Shown one piece after another: positions 18,613 to 29,771 of a DNA stretch of 64,000 nucleotides; within the stretch, counting starts at the first letter, position 1; each line of letters starts with the position of its first letter. Under the pieces are notes generated by a model that made no database searches, was not told the DNA's origin, and saw nothing but the letters and a program-made list of their open reading frames with translations. This stretch comes from an uncultured bacterium (GTDB taxonomy: Bacteria > CAYUVA01), in NCBI GenBank assembly GCA_964448115.1, contig CAYUVA010000004.1:1-64000 (forward strand). Direction: 5' to 3'. The position numbers and the translations under genes were made by a program.

Positions 18613-20196
18613 ATGAGCGATAATGATAATAAAGATGTGGCTACCGGGGATCTCTTCGAGGGTTCCAAAGGCATAGGCTTAAGGTTCAAGCTCACCGCCA
18701 GCGTCCTGATCATTACCCTCACTATAATAACCGGCATCACCTATGTTCTGCTCAATAAATCAAGGAGGGATATCGTCTCGCTTATGACCCGGCACGGACT
18801 GTTCATAATGAATAGCTTTGCCAGGCAGATCGTCAACTCCTTCTCCGATGAGATCATCAATCATGGCAAGATCATATCGGCATATCGGCTACAGGGGATG
18901 CTGAATGAGTACCTGAAAGGCTCCGATCTCGTTGAGCTGTATGTGGTGAACGAGCGAGGCAGGGCTATCGCACACAGCAACTATAACATCATCGGAAGGA
19001 TGTATTGCGAGGCTGACTGCTTCGAGGTCATGACCAGCGGGCGCCCCAGGTGGGAGATCTCACGCAAGGTGAAGAATGAGGTAAATCCCTCTAAGCAAAA
19101 ATACCTGCCCAAGCGGCTGCAAGTGGCAGTACCTTTGATCGTTGAAGGAAAAACCGTTGGCGCTGTAAAAGGAAAATTCTCCCTGGCAGAGGTAGAGGAC
19201 AACTATGCCTTTTCACGCAGCAAAACCCTGCAAATCATCATCATCGAGACCCTGGTCATCATATTGTTCTTGACCTCCATCCTGTCAATCATGGTGATAC
19301 GCCCTATCAAGCGACTCGCAGACACCGCCCGGCGCATCGCTGAAGGCGAACTTGATCAGCAGGTCAGCATAGGCACCTCAGACGAGATAGGAGAGCTAGC
19401 AATTTGCTTCAACCGTATGACCAGGAACCTGATCGAGAGCAGGCAAAGGCTGCAAGAGAACATGGAATCGCTGGAGGCTGCCTACGAGGAGATCTCCAAG
19501 GCGCAAGAGGGGCTAGTAAACACCGAGAAGGAAGCAGCCATCGGCAGGCTCGCCGCCGGGATCGCACACGAGATCGGCAATCCTCTAAGCTCAATACTCG
19601 GATATACTGATATTATGCTTATGGACAGCATAGATGAGAGCCAGGCAAAGGAATACCTTAAATTGATCGAGAAGGAGATCCTCAGAATTCAAGGGATTAT
19701 CCAAGACCTCCTCGATTTCTCCAAGCCTAGAGAGATGTCAATGGAGATCCTTGATGCAACCGAGGTGCTAGACAAGTCGCTGCGCCTGGTGCAGGCACAA
19801 AAGGACTTCCAGAACATAGAAGCAACACAGCATCTACATAAGGGCAATTACCTGGTTATGGCAGATGAGAATCGACTCCAGCAGGTATTTATCAATATCC
19901 TGCTCAACGCCGCCCAAGCCATGCAGGGTAAGGGAAAACTAGATATCGAGGTGAAAAATATAAAAGATGATATCCTCATCAGCTTCACCGATTCCGGGGA
20001 GGGGATTGCCGATGACATCAAGGATCGCATCTTCGACCCATTCTTTTCAACAAAGGATGTCGGCAAGGGCACCGGGCTCGGTCTAACCGTCTCCAAGAAC
20101 CTGGTTGAGATGATGGGGGGCACAATGTCCTTCGAGTCAACCGTCGGCAAAGGAACAACCTTCTACATACGATTCCCAGCAGCAAGCTTTGAGTAA
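18613..20196 (+). CDS. HAMP-domain sensor histidine kinase (NtrB-like)
   Basis: Two TM segments, HAMP (DEIGELA), H-box AHEIGNPL, N-box NAAQA, G-boxes DSGEG and GTGLGL. No adjacent response regulator. Confidence 0.95.
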   Translation: MSDNDNKDVATGDLFEGSKGIGLRFKLTASVLIITLTIITGITYVLLNKSRRDIVSLMTRHGLFIMNSFARQIVNSFSDEIINHGKIISAYRLQGMLNEYLKGSDLVELYVVNERGRAIAHSNYNIIGRMYCEADCFEVMTSGRPRWEISRKVKNEVNPSKQKYLPKRLQVAVPLIVEGKTVGAVKGKFSLAEVEDNYAFSRSKTLQIIIIETLVIILFLTSILSIMVIRPIKRLADTARRIAEGELDQQVSIGTSDEIGELAICFNRMTRNLIESRQRLQENMESLEAAYEEISKAQEGLVNTEKEAAIGRLAAGIAHEIGNPLSSILGYTDIMLMDSIDESQAKEYLKLIEKEILRIQGIIQDLLDFSKPREMSMEILDATEVLDKSLRLVQAQKDFQNIEATQHLHKGNYLVMADENRLQQVFINILLNAAQAMQGKGKLDIEVKNIKDDILISFTDSGEGIADDIKDRIFDPFFSTKDVGKGTGLGLTVSKNLVEMMGGTMSFESTVGKGTTFYIRFPAASFE

Positions 20197-20389
20197 TATA
20201 GCCAAGAAGTGCCTTAAAATATGGCTTATCTCAAATAATCGAATTATTGTCTGAATTTTCAGCATCAAGCCAGTTATGGGAATTAAAAGAAAGGGGATCA
20301 CGCGAAGACGCTCACGCAAAGGCGCTAAGGCAGCCTAGCCACGACCAATACCACCTGTCATCCCGATGAGAAACTTGAAATGACAATTA

Positions 20390-20444
20390 AGGAATGAAAA
20401 TTATCACCTGCGAAATTGCGTTATCTTTCTAGAGAAGTAATCTA
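20390..20444 (+). repeat. 55-bp dispersed repeat, copy 1
   Basis: 45/55 identical and ungapped to the copy at 38400-38454 by manual alignment. Its end coincides with the pilD TAG stop. Confidence 0.85.
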
Positions 20445-21470
20445 AGGGAGTCGATACAAGCCGAAGTACCAGTCGATAAGCGCATCGCCGGTAAACATGA
20501 CGATGAAGGTAGCGACCACCAGGTAAGGACCGAAGGGAATAGGAGTGCGAAAGGTCGTCTCTCTCAATCTAAGTCGCACCAGCCTTACCCCTCGATGATA
20601 GATACGATCCATCCCATGCAGCAACATCGGCTTGGATTGATAATAGGGGGACTTGGGTCGTTCTGCTATCCGCTTTTTCACTCCATGTCCGTTTGAAGCA
20701 ATTCTTCCAGCATAGAATGGATGTCTATTTGATATGCCCGATCTTGCGCCCTTGAGCCTCAGTATCCCCTTTACCCCAGCTTTTCTTGTCCTGAGCTTGC
20801 TTATAACTACCATTGGGACCCCGACCATAGTACCCATGATGCATCCGAGTATGATCCCCAGGATAGCTCCCTTCCAGCCAAAGAAAGCACCCACGGCAGC
20901 CATCAGCTTTATATCTCCGCCGCCCATCCCCTCGATGCCGGTGGCAAGCTGGTAGAGAATTGCGATAGCAAGCAATATGCCGCCTCCGACCAGGATTCCC
21001 AGCAGCGATTGCAGCCAGGTTACCCTGGTCATCCCGGCTATGGATAGCACAAATCCAAGGCATACAAGGGGAAGCGAGATCTCATCCGGGATGATCTGAT
21101 GTCGAAGGTCTATCATGAAGACTATAACCAGGCAGACAGTCAGCGCCCAGTAAACAAAGGTCAATCCCTTGAGATCGAACAAGATGAATACAATGGAAAA
21201 AAGCAAGCCAGTGGCAAGCTCAACCAGAGGATAGCTAAGCGAGATCGCTGCCCGGCAATTACTGCATCTACCCTTGAGGAATATATAACTTATCAGCGGT
21301 ATATTTTGATACCATCGTATCTCGTGTCCGCAAAAGGTGCACCTGGAGCCGGGACGCACGATCGATAGCCCCCTGGGCAGCCTATAAATACAGACATTGG
21401 CAAAGCTCCCCAGCGCGCTCCCCAGCACGAAGCTGAAGATGGTGAGCACAAATTTTATCTCTGTGGGCAA
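20442..21470 (-). CDS. pilD: Prepilin peptidase/N-methyltransferase with a long basic insertion
   Basis: GSFANVCIYRLP, two CxxC pairs, IDLRHQIIPD, GMGGGDIKL and IPFGPYL. Confidence 0.93.
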   Translation of the reverse strand: MPTEIKFVLTIFSFVLGSALGSFANVCIYRLPRGLSIVRPGSRCTFCGHEIRWYQNIPLISYIFLKGRCSNCRAAISLSYPLVELATGLLFSIVFILFDLKGLTFVYWALTVCLVIVFMIDLRHQIIPDEISLPLVCLGFVLSIAGMTRVTWLQSLLGILVGGGILLAIAILYQLATGIEGMGGGDIKLMAAVGAFFGWKGAILGIILGCIMGTMVGVPMVVISKLRTRKAGVKGILRLKGARSGISNRHPFYAGRIASNGHGVKKRIAERPKSPYYQSKPMLLHGMDRIYHRGVRLVRLRLRETTFRTPIPFGPYLVVATFIVMFTGDALIDWYFGLYRLP

Positions 21471-21517
21471 ATCAATGAATTTTCAGCTTGCAGAACCTTT
21501 ATCGCTCTATCGAGTTA

Positions 21518-24019
21518 TTATGCCTTGCGCCTCTTTGGAAAAACCAGATAGGAGACAAATAACAGAAGGCAAGGAATAACCGCTAGTCCGAGTGTCAGAT
21601 CGCCGTTGACCATAAGCGCTGCCAGCGAGATCAATGGGATAAGCACCAGGCGTGTGAAGCCCTGTAATAGCACATTGCCTGATATCATCCTTGCGATGGG
21701 AGGGCTAATGCGATAATAGGCTTCAACTAGCAGCCTGCCGGGGAGATTGGTTAACAGGAACCTATCGCGGAAAGCCTCGAGCAGTACCACATCCTCAGCC
21801 AACTTGGAGCCATAAGCAGCGGTAGCGATGAAACAACCGCTTTGTTCCTTTCGTTCTCCCCTTACGATCTTATAAGTTCCCCACATCGACTCAGCTATGT
21901 TATTCTGGGTAAGGATCTCATTGGGATCCTTGTAAACAGCTACGAATATAGGGAATATCTTCTCATCCGGGTCATCATCATCCCAGTTTATCAGTATATC
22001 GGTGGTATCCCAGTCAACGGAGACGGTATGCCAGTGCACCGGTTCATTGAATTTCTTGCCTGGCAGCGAGGGGATCTGCACCTGGGCGAATGGTTTGCCC
22101 AGGTTGGGATCATCGCCTCGGTAGGCGGGCGTGCGGTCATAATAGAAGCTCACCGTTGTCGGCTCCGAAGCGATCTGCCCCAGGTTAGCTATTTTTGCGG
22201 TTATGCGCACTATGTCCCCGGCTACAGCCTGCTGCTTGTCAAATTTGATCTTGTGGGGATAGATGCCCAAATCAGGCTGGCGGGTGCGGGAGCGACCTTG
22301 AATATCGACCACCGACTCGTCTATGGGTGTATTCTCCTGCACATATTCGAGTAGGTTTACCCACTCTTTCTTCCCGGAGTGCACCCTGGTTCCACCGACC
22401 AGCGGAGCCACTATCCCAGCCATTACGCTGGTCATGGTAACCTTGAACTTCTGATCCGGTGGATACTCGGTCAGCGGAGTGCCGTGTAGATAAATCTCCT
22501 CCATCTTTATCCTCCGCCACTGTTCGCCCTGGAAGAAGTCCGCATCCGGCTTGGTCAAATCATAAACGAACTCCACGGTGTTGGAGACCTGGAAGTGCCC
22601 CATCTTCATGAACTCGGTGCAACTCGCCTCAAGGAGCAGCTTGAGCTTGTCCCTGGGAACGGTGATGATATCGACCTCGGAAGCGCCGCCATCTTCGGGA
22701 TCGAAGCCCTGGGGAAGCACCTGGTTGATCTCGGCAAAGGTGAGCGTCCCCGGCCACAGGCTCTGCCGCAAGCTCCCATCGTTCTCCATTGCCATATCAA
22801 GCCCCTCTCCGATAGCGGGGCGGGTCATGGCATCGCATACCAGGTTACCGAGCAGGTTCTCCAGCCCCTTGTCCTGGTCGCTACCGCCGGATAGGTAAAG
22901 CCAACTCTCGCCAGCAATATCGCTGAAGGGGTCGGTTGATAATCCTGGATACCAGGTTGCCATGTGGTCCTGGATCTGTAGCTTCCACTCCCCGAGGCGG
23001 CGGTCTATCTCCTGCACCGATTCATAACTGTAATCGATAGGCAAGGTGGTATCGTTGTGGTAAAGCTTGAAGCTAACGATATCGATCGCTTTGCCGGGCT
23101 GATAATCGAGGATGACCTTTGAGATCCACTGCTGGTTATCACCGGAGCGCACCAGGTAGGTTATCCAGTTGTCCGGGCCAACGAACGGTATCGGCTGATT
23201 GTACTTGTTATGGCTGTGCCCGTCGAAGATGATATCTATGCCCTTGACCGCCCTTGCCACCTGTACGATATCCCTCTCGTACCAGTCCCAGCGGTAGTAG
23301 TTGAAGTTGGAGCCACCGACATGGGTAACCGCGATGACCAGGTCGCACTGCTCCTGATTGCGCAAAAAGTCCACCATCTCCTTGGCAGCCTCGATGGTTG
23401 TTGCCATGTCATCCCCCACGGTCATGCCATCAGCCTTCATGTCCATGGAGTACCAGTCGGTCCAGGGAGTGATCAGTCCGAAGAAGCCTATCTTAAGCCC
23501 GCTTTGGGTGTTGATGGTGTATTTCCTAATGTAATCCCCTTCCAGCTCGGCGGCGGGTTTACCTTCGCGGAAGGTTACATTTGCCGCCAGGGTGAAGAAC
23601 TCGAAGCCGGTCTGTTCTCGTGCATAATCAATCGCCTCTTTCAGCACATCAGCCCCGAGCTGGCAGTCATGATTGCCTAACGCAAATGCCACGGGTTCAA
23701 GTATGGCATACACGGTTAGATCCCAGCCACCCAAGCCAGCCTCGAAGAACAAGCTACCCTCGAACGCATCACCGGAGTGGATAAAGAAGGTGTTCTCCTC
23801 TCCGTACTCTGCACGGGCACTTTCAATAAGGGTTGCGAGGCGCAGGCTGCTGCCGAACTGCGGATTACCCTCGGAGTCCAAGGGACCCCAGTCCATTATG
23901 TGCCCATGCGTGTCATTGACATGAACAAAGGCGAGCTGCTTGGAGTAGCTTGCGCCCGGCAGCGATGCAAGCCCAAGTGCAATGAAAAGCGCTATGATCG
24001 AAAACGCTGGTCGTCTCAT
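21518..24019 (-). CDS. Exported 5'-nucleotidase/metallophosphatase with CARDB-like and CFI-box-CTERM domains
   Basis: Motifs NDTHG, SGDAF, GNHD and GHSH; 5'-nucleotidase C-domain (GNLVCDA, NDGSLR); [11 protein letters not shown] followed by a TM segment and basic tail. Probable ATG at 24019 after GAGG. Confidence 0.9.
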   Translation of the reverse strand: MRRPAFSIIALFIALGLASLPGASYSKQLAFVHVNDTHGHIMDWGPLDSEGNPQFGSSLRLATLIESARAEYGEENTFFIHSGDAFEGSLFFEAGLGGWDLTVYAILEPVAFALGNHDCQLGADVLKEAIDYAREQTGFEFFTLAANVTFREGKPAAELEGDYIRKYTINTQSGLKIGFFGLITPWTDWYSMDMKADGMTVGDDMATTIEAAKEMVDFLRNQEQCDLVIAVTHVGGSNFNYYRWDWYERDIVQVARAVKGIDIIFDGHSHNKYNQPIPFVGPDNWITYLVRSGDNQQWISKVILDYQPGKAIDIVSFKLYHNDTTLPIDYSYESVQEIDRRLGEWKLQIQDHMATWYPGLSTDPFSDIAGESWLYLSGGSDQDKGLENLLGNLVCDAMTRPAIGEGLDMAMENDGSLRQSLWPGTLTFAEINQVLPQGFDPEDGGASEVDIITVPRDKLKLLLEASCTEFMKMGHFQVSNTVEFVYDLTKPDADFFQGEQWRRIKMEEIYLHGTPLTEYPPDQKFKVTMTSVMAGIVAPLVGGTRVHSGKKEWVNLLEYVQENTPIDESVVDIQGRSRTRQPDLGIYPHKIKFDKQQAVAGDIVRITAKIANLGQIASEPTTVSFYYDRTPAYRGDDPNLGKPFAQVQIPSLPGKKFNEPVHWHTVSVDWDTTDILINWDDDDPDEKIFPIFVAVYKDPNEILTQNNIAESMWGTYKIVRGERKEQSGCFIATAAYGSKLAEDVVLLEAFRDRFLLTNLPGRLLVEAYYRISPPIARMISGNVLLQGFTRLVLIPLISLAALMVNGDLTLGLAVIPCLLLFVSYLVFPKRRKA

Positions 24020-24068
24020 AATACCAACCTCGTTCTTATTGTGATCCCCAAAACGCACCTAGCAGCCA

Positions 24069-25169
24069 TCAGTACTTCCACCTAAGCTGCAGTTTGAATG
24101 TATTTACATCATCCTTATCTTCATCCTCGAAGGTGGTGTTCTCCAAGTTCGCCTGCACCATAAGCGTGGAGCCTTCCACCGTCTCTATGTACCAGTTAAT
24201 GCCCAGCACATAAAAGTCATAAGCATCATCAGCGAGATCATCGTTTGCATCCCAGTGATCCGCTCTTAGCACAAGCTGAAACGGCGATAGCGACTGGTGT
24301 AGCATTCCGAGCTTGAGTGCGCCAAAAGCGGTGTAGCCGATCGAGTCTATCTTGTCATCGGTTGCGCTTAATATCTTTGCCTGCAGGTTGAGATATTGAG
24401 AGTCATAATTGATAAGCCCGGCGCTGCGCAGCTTGTCGTAGGCATCCTGTCCGTTGGCGCCGAGGTAGTATGAAAGCCTGATGCCTAGACCTTGCAGGAT
24501 CTTCATATCACCGAAGGGATGTGAGCCTACCGAGACGAGCAGGTCCTTATCCTCGTTGTTCTCCGGGTTCACATACCCGGTGCCCTGGTAGATGCCGATC
24601 TGGTAATTGAACAGCCCGGAGTCGATCCTGCCCCCGCTGAACACCAAGCCGAGGTCTGCCCTGTCCAGCATGGAATTCATCTTGAACGGCTCATCGGGGT
24701 CTTTTAGCTTTACTGTGCGCTCCAGATCAGCGGCGATAGTCAGATATTCCCAGGTATCGAGGGTGCCGAAGTGCACCGGCTGCACTCCCCCGGTAACCCT
24801 CAGGAACCTGTGGAAGTGGTAGGTCAGGTATGCATCCTCGACCCTAATCGCCCAGCCATCGAAGTAGCGGGTGGTGGTTCCAATCGGATTGCCCAGGTCA
24901 TCATAGATGGTCTGCGGCTTGAAGTCCTGGTAAACATTGATGCGAAACAGCCCATCTGTCCGGGTTGACAGCCTGAATTTACCGCCCATCCAGAGGCGAT
25001 CCACGCTGAACCGGTTGATGTCCTGGTCGCTGTTTATCGTCCATCGCAGCCAAGCCTCGCTGGTGATCTCAAGGGTATTGGCAGCGCTGGTTACATAGTC
25101 CTGCGCGCTTGCAGAAATGGCAAAAGCCATGATGCTGACAACCATAAACGATATAGATATCCTTTTCAT
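24069..25169 (-). CDS. Probable outer-membrane beta-barrel porin (OprO/OprP-like)
   Basis: Signal peptide, amphipathic beta strands and a terminal aromatic residue (LQLRWKY); paralogous to the neighbouring gene. Confidence 0.7.
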   Translation of the reverse strand: MKRISISFMVVSIMAFAISASAQDYVTSAANTLEITSEAWLRWTINSDQDINRFSVDRLWMGGKFRLSTRTDGLFRINVYQDFKPQTIYDDLGNPIGTTTRYFDGWAIRVEDAYLTYHFHRFLRVTGGVQPVHFGTLDTWEYLTIAADLERTVKLKDPDEPFKMNSMLDRADLGLVFSGGRIDSGLFNYQIGIYQGTGYVNPENNEDKDLLVSVGSHPFGDMKILQGLGIRLSYYLGANGQDAYDKLRSAGLINYDSQYLNLQAKILSATDDKIDSIGYTAFGALKLGMLHQSLSPFQLVLRADHWDANDDLADDAYDFYVLGINWYIETVEGSTLMVQANLENTTFEDEDKDDVNTFKLQLRWKY

Positions 25170-25190
25170 GATTCCTCCCTATAAGTTAAA

Positions 25191-26393
25191 CTAGAACGCC
25201 CACCTGAACTCGACCATAAAGGTCTTCACCCGATCTATCTTCAGGTAATCATAGTCGGTTGGAGTGTCGAAGTAATAAGCGGGCTTGTTATACTTTCGAT
25301 CCGAGTAATTGATCAGCAGGGTGCTGATTATCTCCTTGCTCTCCATATCGATGGAGGGGAACTTTATGTTCATGCCCACGGTATATTGCCCGTAGCGCAC
25401 ATCATCCAGGTAATCATAGCCATCTTCATAATCATCAAGGTCAGGGTTCCAGAAGTCGTACCTGGCGACGAAGCTCACCGAATCGACTGCTCCCAATCGC
25501 ATCATCGGTACTCCAGCAAAGCCCTCGATCATGAAGCCGCTCCCCAGCTTTGGTATGCCGTAGCGATCTCCCTTGGCATAGATCCATTCGCCGATGAGAC
25601 CGAGCTGTTCGCCGATTAGCGATAGCGAGCCTGCATAGCGGGCGATCGGATTGTTATCCTTGGTGATCACCGCGCCCTGGTAGGGATTTATGGTTGCTGC
25701 CGTCTTGCCCGTGTAGGAGGAGAGATTCAGCTTCACCCAGGAAAGGGGGAACAGATCGATCGCTGCCAGGAATGCCTTGTCGATATTGGTCTCCACGCTG
25801 GTGTACCCAGATCCCTGGTATAATCCAAGGGTGAACCTGAGCCACTTCCAGGGCATGTCGCTGCGGTAGGTTATGCCGAGGTCCCTGGAGTCGATCAGCC
25901 CCTCTTCCTTTGCCAGTGTCGAGCTTGCGGTCTCTATCTCCTCGTACTCTGCGGTTCCGAACCAGACCTTCTGAAGCCCCACTCGCAGTGTGCCACGCAG
26001 AACCGATGGGGTGAGATCCCGCTTGAAATCAGCGCTAACAAAGGCATCGTAAGCCCTCACCGTGTAGTTATCTCCGTAGGCTCTTGCCTGCCCCTCGCTT
26101 GAACCATCGTAGTCGTAGGCAGTCTTGAAGCCGTTCTCCGAGTGTACCCGGACCGAGAAGATGGTGCTGACCGTGCTGGAGACCGGAGTAGTTATGCTTA
26201 TTACTCCTTTTTCCAGGTAGAAAACACCGTTTTTCTCTGGTCCTAGATGATACACTGGTGAATCATCCGCGACATAGCGGAACTTGAAGTCTCCCCCTAT
26301 CTGCATAGCAAGCTCTCCCGAAGACGGTATCGGTATGAAGAGCAATATGGCCAACACTAATGAAAGGGGGACAAGGTCAGGGAATCCCCTCAT
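25191..26393 (-). CDS. Probable outer-membrane beta-barrel porin
   Basis: Signal peptide, C-terminal VEFRWAF, and the GxYQGxGYxxxExNxDK motif shared with 24069-25169. Confidence 0.7.
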   Translation of the reverse strand: MRGFPDLVPLSLVLAILLFIPIPSSGELAMQIGGDFKFRYVADDSPVYHLGPEKNGVFYLEKGVISITTPVSSTVSTIFSVRVHSENGFKTAYDYDGSSEGQARAYGDNYTVRAYDAFVSADFKRDLTPSVLRGTLRVGLQKVWFGTAEYEEIETASSTLAKEEGLIDSRDLGITYRSDMPWKWLRFTLGLYQGSGYTSVETNIDKAFLAAIDLFPLSWVKLNLSSYTGKTAATINPYQGAVITKDNNPIARYAGSLSLIGEQLGLIGEWIYAKGDRYGIPKLGSGFMIEGFAGVPMMRLGAVDSVSFVARYDFWNPDLDDYEDGYDYLDDVRYGQYTVGMNIKFPSIDMESKEIISTLLINYSDRKYNKPAYYFDTPTDYDYLKIDRVKTFMVEFRWAF

Positions 26394-26641
26394 CGCTCAG
26401 ATCCTCCCTAGGATGGAATTGTTTACCTTGAAAGTGTAATGCCTATGGTTTTCCATTCGGGATACCAATTCATAGTCTCCCTTTGCTTCCAGTGATGAAT
26501 ATACCTGCTCATTATCCATATATCAAGGCTATATTGAAATTATTTCAGGGGCAGCTCATTTGACATTTCTTGCCTATTGCAATAGCTTCACTAGTGTCCA
26601 GCTAACTAACGAAAATGGTAGTAACCTTTAGGAGAAAAACC

Positions 26642-27256
26642 ATGAATAGGCTATTAACTATAGCATTGACATTGGGATTGATCGTGCTTGGAAGTGGATT
26701 GGTGGTGTCCGCCGACGAGATCACCGATCTTATCGATGAAGCCACCAAGAGCTACAAAGCAAAGAACTACAGCGAAACCATAATATCCTTGCAGGAAGCG
26801 ATCCAGAAGGTGCAAAAGCTGCAGATGGAGGGAGTTAAGAAGTACTTCCCAGCAGCGCCATCCGGATTCACTGCCCAGGATGAGGAGGCTGCCAATGTCG
26901 GTGCACTGTTCGGTGGAACCGGCTTCAATATCTCACGAAACTATACCCAGTCCGAGGGCAGCAAGACCATGCAGGTTACCTTCATGGTCAACTCAGCCCT
27001 GATCCAGCAGATGGCAATGCTGATTACCAATCCGATGTTCGCCGGCATGAATCCCAACACCGAATCGATCAAGGTTAAGGGAATCAGGGGCACATATAAG
27101 TACGAGAAGAACAACATGCACGGCGAGATAAATCTACTGGTCAGCGGAAACTTCCTGGTACAGGTAACCGGCGAGATGGTGGAAAAGGATGATCTGCTTT
27201 CCTTTGCCAAGACAATAGACCTGGAGGGGATCAAGAAAGAGTTTGGAACATACTAG
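26642..27256 (+). CDS. Exported hypothetical protein
   Basis: AGGAG RBS before the ATG at 26642; signal peptide; no family recognised. Confidence 0.75.
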   Translation: MNRLLTIALTLGLIVLGSGLVVSADEITDLIDEATKSYKAKNYSETIISLQEAIQKVQKLQMEGVKKYFPAAPSGFTAQDEEAANVGALFGGTGFNISRNYTQSEGSKTMQVTFMVNSALIQQMAMLITNPMFAGMNPNTESIKVKGIRGTYKYEKNNMHGEINLLVSGNFLVQVTGEMVEKDDLLSFAKTIDLEGIKKEFGTY

Positions 27257-27285
27257 TCGCTTATTTGAAACCATAATCCATCGGA

Positions 27286-28155
27286 GTGGAATCTATGTCC
27301 ACCAGTTCTGGATACGTTGACCTTCATCTGCATACCTTTCACTCCGACGGTGCCCTTTCCCCGCGATCGCTGCTCAAGGCTGCTTTAGCGCGTGGCTTGG
27401 TCGCAGTTGCCATCACCGACCATGACACCATAAGTGGTCTAGCCGATGGACAGAAGATCGCCGATGAGCTAGGTATGGAATTCATCCCCGGGGTCGAGTT
27501 CAGTTGTGTTTTCAATGAATATGAGGATCTCCATATAGTTGGACTCTTCTTGGATTATAACTCGGCTGAGCTTTCCGAGAGGCTGGCTAGCTTTCAGCAG
27601 ACCAGGGATGAGCGCGCAAAAAAGATGGTGCAAGCACTTAACGATTTTAACTACAAGCTAGGAATCAAGCCGATCAGTTACCATGATATAAAAAGGAGAA
27701 CCAGGGGTGCTGTCGGCAGGCTACATATAGCCAGGGAGCTGGTAAATAAAGGGATCGCCGCCAATATACCAGATGCATTCCAACGCTACCTCATCGAGTT
27801 CAACGAGGCTAAGGAATTCTTCCCCGTGCAGGAAGCCATAGAGCTGATCGATAGACTGGGTGGGATATCGATCCTGGCACACCCGATATACTATGAGAGA
27901 TCCCCGGAGCGGCTCTGGAAGCTCATCGCCGACCTCTCAGATCTCGGTATCGACGGCTTTGAGTACTACTCCAACTACCAGGAGCCGGATCTCATGGATA
28001 TGCTTAAGGATCTTAAAGAAGCGCTCGACCTGGTCATATCAGGAGGCTCCGACTTCCACTCCCCAGAGGATGGCAGGGAGTTGGGTGGACTGCGAATTCC
28101 GTACAAGGTAGTAAGAGATCTTAAGAAACTATTACATGAAAAAAGGGCTACCTAA
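27286..28155 (+). CDS. PHP-domain phosphoesterase (TrpH/YciV-like)
   Basis: Motifs DLHLHTFHSDG, AITDHD, GVE, LAHP and GGSDFH. Confidence 0.92.
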   Translation: MESMSTSSGYVDLHLHTFHSDGALSPRSLLKAALARGLVAVAITDHDTISGLADGQKIADELGMEFIPGVEFSCVFNEYEDLHIVGLFLDYNSAELSERLASFQQTRDERAKKMVQALNDFNYKLGIKPISYHDIKRRTRGAVGRLHIARELVNKGIAANIPDAFQRYLIEFNEAKEFFPVQEAIELIDRLGGISILAHPIYYERSPERLWKLIADLSDLGIDGFEYYSNYQEPDLMDMLKDLKEALDLVISGGSDFHSPEDGRELGGLRIPYKVVRDLKKLLHEKRAT

Positions 28156-28168
28156 TAACTAAAAATAT

Positions 28169-28897
28169 ATGCCAGCAAGATCTCAAGCCTTGCAGGAACC
28201 AGAGCTTTCACTCATCATACCACTATTCAACGAGGCTGCCAGCATAGGTGATTATATCCCATCGCTGGCGATCGCATTCTCGATGATCTGCCACAACTGG
28301 GAGCTTATCCTGGTGGATAACGGCTCATGGGACAATACCCCTCAACTGCTTGCTCGCCTCCAGGAGCACTATCCGATGATTCGCATAGTTACGGTCAACA
28401 GGAACATCGGGTACGGGTGGGGGATAATCAGTGGAATAAGACAAGCTCGCGGCAGGGTGATCGGCTATAGCGATGGAGATGGACAGATCGCGGTGGATGA
28501 CCTGGCTAAAGTATATCGAGAATTCATCGAATCCGGCTGCGATCTCGGCAAAGCGTATCGTGTCAATAGGGCTGATGGCTACCTCAGAAAAACGGTATCC
28601 AGCCTGTATAATCTATCCTTTAGGCTGCTGTTCAAGACAAGGGTGCGCGATGTAAATGCTAAGCCTAAGTTCATGACCAAGGAGTTGGTTGAGAGATTGA
28701 ACTTGAGATCAAAGGATTGGTTCATCGATGCCGAGGTGGTAATTGGAAGCAGGGATTCGAGGGTCATGGAAACCGCCATATCCTTCCAACCCAGGCAGCG
28801 GGGCAGCTCCAATGTTCGACTTGGCGCTATCGTTGAGTTCGTGATAAATATGATCCGTGAAAAGAGACGATATCGGGAGATTGACAGCAAGATATGA
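28169..28897 (+). CDS. Family 2 glycosyltransferase (DPM1-like polyprenol-phosphate GT)
   Basis: Motifs IIPLFNE, VDNGSWD, NIGYG and DGDGQ. Confidence 0.9.
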   Translation: MPARSQALQEPELSLIIPLFNEAASIGDYIPSLAIAFSMICHNWELILVDNGSWDNTPQLLARLQEHYPMIRIVTVNRNIGYGWGIISGIRQARGRVIGYSDGDGQIAVDDLAKVYREFIESGCDLGKAYRVNRADGYLRKTVSSLYNLSFRLLFKTRVRDVNAKPKFMTKELVERLNLRSKDWFIDAEVVIGSRDSRVMETAISFQPRQRGSSNVRLGAIVEFVINMIREKRRYREIDSKI

Positions 28898-29685
28898 GAC
28901 TAAAACCAAAGGTGGTCATTCTTTGCGGTGGGCGAGGGATTCGCATAGCCGAGGAGACCATCTCCAAGCCAAAACCGATGGTTCAGGTCGGCGAAAAGCC
29001 TATCCTTTGGCATATCATGAAGCACTATGCACGCTACGGCTTCGACGAGTTCATACTTTGCCTCGGCTATAAGGGCGAGATCATCAAGGAATATTTCTTA
29101 CGCTATCGCGCCATGAGCTGCGATTTCACTATCCAGCTCGGCAAGTCGGATGCCATCGAGTTCCACGATGCTACCGCCGAGGAGAGCTGGAGGGTAACGC
29201 TGGCTGATACGGGGCTGCATACCAACTCGGGCGGAAGGATCTTGCGCATAGAGAAGTACCTGAGAGACGACGAGCCTTTTTTCCTGACCTATGGTGATGG
29301 CTTGTCCGATGTCAATCTTGATGGGCTTTTACGGTTCCATCTTTCAAAAAGGCTGGCTGCTACCGTTACCGGTGTACATCCCTTGTCCCGCTTTGGGGAG
29401 CTTAAAATACACGGGGATTTGGTGGCTGAGTTCTCCGAGAAACCGCAGGTGGCTGACGGTTGGATAAATGGCGGTTTCTTCGTGCTAAACAAAGAAGCCC
29501 TCAATTATATTAAAGGGGATGTCATGTTCGAGCGACAACCGCTGGAAAGGCTTGCAGGCGCAAGGCAGTTGGCTGTATATAAACATCACGGCTTCTGGCA
29601 GTGCATGGATACCAGGCGGGATCTCGATAAGCTCAACGAGCTTTGGGAGAGTGGGCAGGCACCGTGGAGAACCTGGAGCCACTGA
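28894..29685 (+). CDS. rfbF: Glucose-1-phosphate cytidylyltransferase
   Basis: Motifs LCGGRGIRI, KPKPMV, LGYKG, TYGDG, INGGFF and GFWQCMDT. Confidence 0.93.
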   Translation: MRLKPKVVILCGGRGIRIAEETISKPKPMVQVGEKPILWHIMKHYARYGFDEFILCLGYKGEIIKEYFLRYRAMSCDFTIQLGKSDAIEFHDATAEESWRVTLADTGLHTNSGGRILRIEKYLRDDEPFFLTYGDGLSDVNLDGLLRFHLSKRLAATVTGVHPLSRFGELKIHGDLVAEFSEKPQVADGWINGGFFVLNKEALNYIKGDVMFERQPLERLAGARQLAVYKHHGFWQCMDTRRDLDKLNELWESGQAPWRTWSH

Positions 29686-29771
29686 GGGAACGGCTGGAGG
29701 GAATATTATTCCATGACCTAAATGAATCATAGCAAATTTTAACGAAGAACGAAGAACGAGAAACTATCATA

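Noticed and set aside
26397-26519. Short minus-strand ORFs upstream of the porin genes (40 aa, and a 16-aa MNWYPEW... peptide)
   Set aside because: No recognisable homology or attenuator structure; they cannot be distinguished from chance.
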